From Bacillota bacterium (GTDB lineage Bacteria > Bacillota > Dethiobacteria > Dethiobacterales > Dethiobacteraceae): a stretch of DNA of 34,697 nucleotides. Both the position numbers and the translations under genes were made by a program. Within the stretch, counting starts at the first letter, position 1. Each line of letters begins with the position of its first letter. The stretch lies in assembly GCA_012800215.1 (NCBI GenBank), contig JAAZJT010000072.1, forward strand, positions 1 through 34,697, read 5' to 3'. Below the pieces are notes generated by a model, which did not search any database, was not told where the DNA came from, and saw only the letters and a list, made by a program, of their open reading frames with translations. This document shows, piece by piece, positions 33,493 to 34,697 of this stretch.

Positions 33493-34587
33493 ATGAAAGA
33501 GGAAGTAAAAAAATTACAAGAGCAGCGCGGCAAACTTTTTAGCGATTTTTACAATCACAAAATACCTGAAAGGCTGTTTGTAAGTGTTTCTGTTTCCAGT
33601 CATATTCTTGCTGAATTTGGCGGTTTAGATGTCTTTGAAGTACAATATGACTACTCTAAGCTCGCGGAACCGGCTAAAAAGATTTGTAAAATGATTTATT
33701 CCGATACAAGTCCAGTAAGGCCGGTAGGAATTATATCTAGACCCCCTTCTTTTTATCAGTTGCTAGGTTCACAGTCTTTTGTTATGGGTAATAAGGGTTT
33801 TGTCCAGCATCCTGAAGTAATAGGTATGTATGAAGATGAGTATCAAGAGCTGATTGCTGATCCCTATGCCTTTTTATTGGAGAAAGTAATTCCCAGGCAG
33901 TACAAAGAGCTGGATACTGCTAACCCGGTAAGAGCGCTTAATAGAATACAAATGGCTAAAGCCGCCCTTGCAAATGACTCTGCAACATGCATGCCCTGGT
34001 ATATGGAGATTATGGATGAATATGGCTACCATAGAGGTGCGCCCAGGGGGTCTGGCGGTTTCACTGCTGCTCCATATGATTTTATTGCTGACCAATTACG
34101 CAGTTTTAGCGGTATTAGTAAAGATATTAGGCGGCATCGGGAAGAACTGAAGGAAGCCTGCGAAGCGATTCTACCACTGATGTTTAAAATGGGCTTGCCG
34201 TCTAATCCGCATCCTGAAGGTGCTGTGGGGACACCTTTACATATGCCTACCTTTATGAGGGAAAAGGATTTTATGGAAGTGTGGATGCCTACGTATAAAA
34301 AAATGTTGGAAAACTACGCTGCGCTTGGTGTGCGTGTTTCTGCATTCTGTGAAGATGATTGGACTCGTTACTTAGACAACCTACTTGAATTACCCGCTGG
34401 CACAAAATTAATGTTTGAATATGGTGATCCAAAGCAAATTAAGGATAAACTCGGTAAGAAATTCCTGCTGCAGGGTTTATATCCTATAGATTTAATAAAG
34501 CATGGCACTAAACAAGAGTGTATAGATAAAGTAAAAGAACTGCTTGACATTATGATGCCAGGAGGCGGTTACTATTTAGCCCCCTAA
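33493..34587 (+). CDS. Uroporphyrinogen-decarboxylase-family protein (MtaA/CmuA-like methyltransferase family), possibly 3'-truncated
   Basis: 364 aa with RBS AAAGGAG. The overall pattern and the near-C-terminal MPGGGYYLAP resemble the GGG(F/Y) block of URO-D/MtaA-type enzymes. Assignment is from memory of the family only. Confidence 0.45.
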   Translation: MKEEVKKLQEQRGKLFSDFYNHKIPERLFVSVSVSSHILAEFGGLDVFEVQYDYSKLAEPAKKICKMIYSDTSPVRPVGIISRPPSFYQLLGSQSFVMGNKGFVQHPEVIGMYEDEYQELIADPYAFLLEKVIPRQYKELDTANPVRALNRIQMAKAALANDSATCMPWYMEIMDEYGYHRGAPRGSGGFTAAPYDFIADQLRSFSGISKDIRRHREELKEACEAILPLMFKMGLPSNPHPEGAVGTPLHMPTFMREKDFMEVWMPTYKKMLENYAALGVRVSAFCEDDWTRYLDNLLELPAGTKLMFEYGDPKQIKDKLGKKFLLQGLYPIDLIKHGTKQECIDKVKELLDIMMPGGGYYLAP

Positions 34588-34640
34588 TAGATTTGGAGAA
34601 AATCCTTTTATCTGCTATCATTCAGATCAGGGGGAAGTTT

Positions 34641-34697
34641 CATGACAAAAAGAGATTATACGCAAGAATTCAAAGAACAGATATTAAGGGAATGCCA
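34641..34697 (+). mobile_element. 5' end of an IS3-family transposase orfA, cut off by the window edge
   Basis: The ATG follows GGGGGAAG. The translation MTKRDYTQEFKEQILREC matches the common M.KR.YT.EFK N-terminus of IS3/IS150-type OrfA. No inverted repeat could be delimited. Confidence 0.45.

Noticed and set aside
1-34697. tRNA, rRNA, CRISPR, prophage or toxin-antitoxin/defence modules
   Set aside because: No tRNA-like T-arm or acceptor patterns, rRNA segments, spacer-repeat arrays, phage structural genes or typical small TA pairs were seen on either strand. The window is mostly conserved housekeeping and sporulation backbone.

Overview
This is a core chromosomal segment from an endospore-forming Firmicute (Clostridia or Negativicutes-like), moderately AT-rich by eye. 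All but two genes are on the + strand. The backbone is syntenic with the B. subtilis metS-yabD-yabE-ksgA-yabG-veg ... ispE ... spoVG-glmU-prs-ctc-pth-fin-mfd-spoVT region. Confident calls are a T-box leader fragment followed by metG, tatD, rsmA, yabG, veg, ispE, spoVG, glmU, prs, rplY/ctc, pth, fin, mfd and spoVT. Several accessory blocks are inserted into this backbone. (1) Two YabE-like wall-binding proteins with different DPBB catalytic ends flank a DUF1461/Lit-family membrane protein, and no rnmV is present. (2) A DUF458/YkuK RNase-H-like gene follows rsmA, and an orphan GT-A glycosyltransferase lies divergent from yabG. (3) A spore-envelope block holds two tandem SPOCS(DUF3794)+LysM SipL/SpoVID-like genes, one with three SPOCS modules. 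It also holds a LysM-(PEQ/PKPE repeat)-CAP protein, a YkuD L,D-transpeptidase with LysM, and an alpha/beta SASP. (4) pncB is tightly linked to an orphan KinA-type PAS histidine kinase. (5) A cyanophycinase-cyanophycin synthetase pair lies directly upstream of ispE, and ispE is coupled to an uncharacterised NTP-transferase-fold gene. (6) A 128-aa PrsW/CPBP-motif mini membrane protein ends 4 nt upstream of fin. (7) After spoVT the synteny breaks into a VOC gene, a URO-D/MtaA-family gene and the first codons of an IS3-type orfA at the window edge. Hand-found promoter-like motifs of sigma-A, -H, -E, -K and -G/F type sit where the B. subtilis or C. difficile orthologues would predict them. All of these are candidates only. 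I saw no tRNA, rRNA or CRISPR array. I found no obviously new multi-gene system. The most interesting items are the mini PrsW-like/fin pair, the duplicated SipL-like genes, the cyanophycin insertion, the pncB-kinase pairing, and the YkuK-for-rnmV positional swap. Domain assignments come from motif recognition by eye and need HMM or BLAST confirmation.
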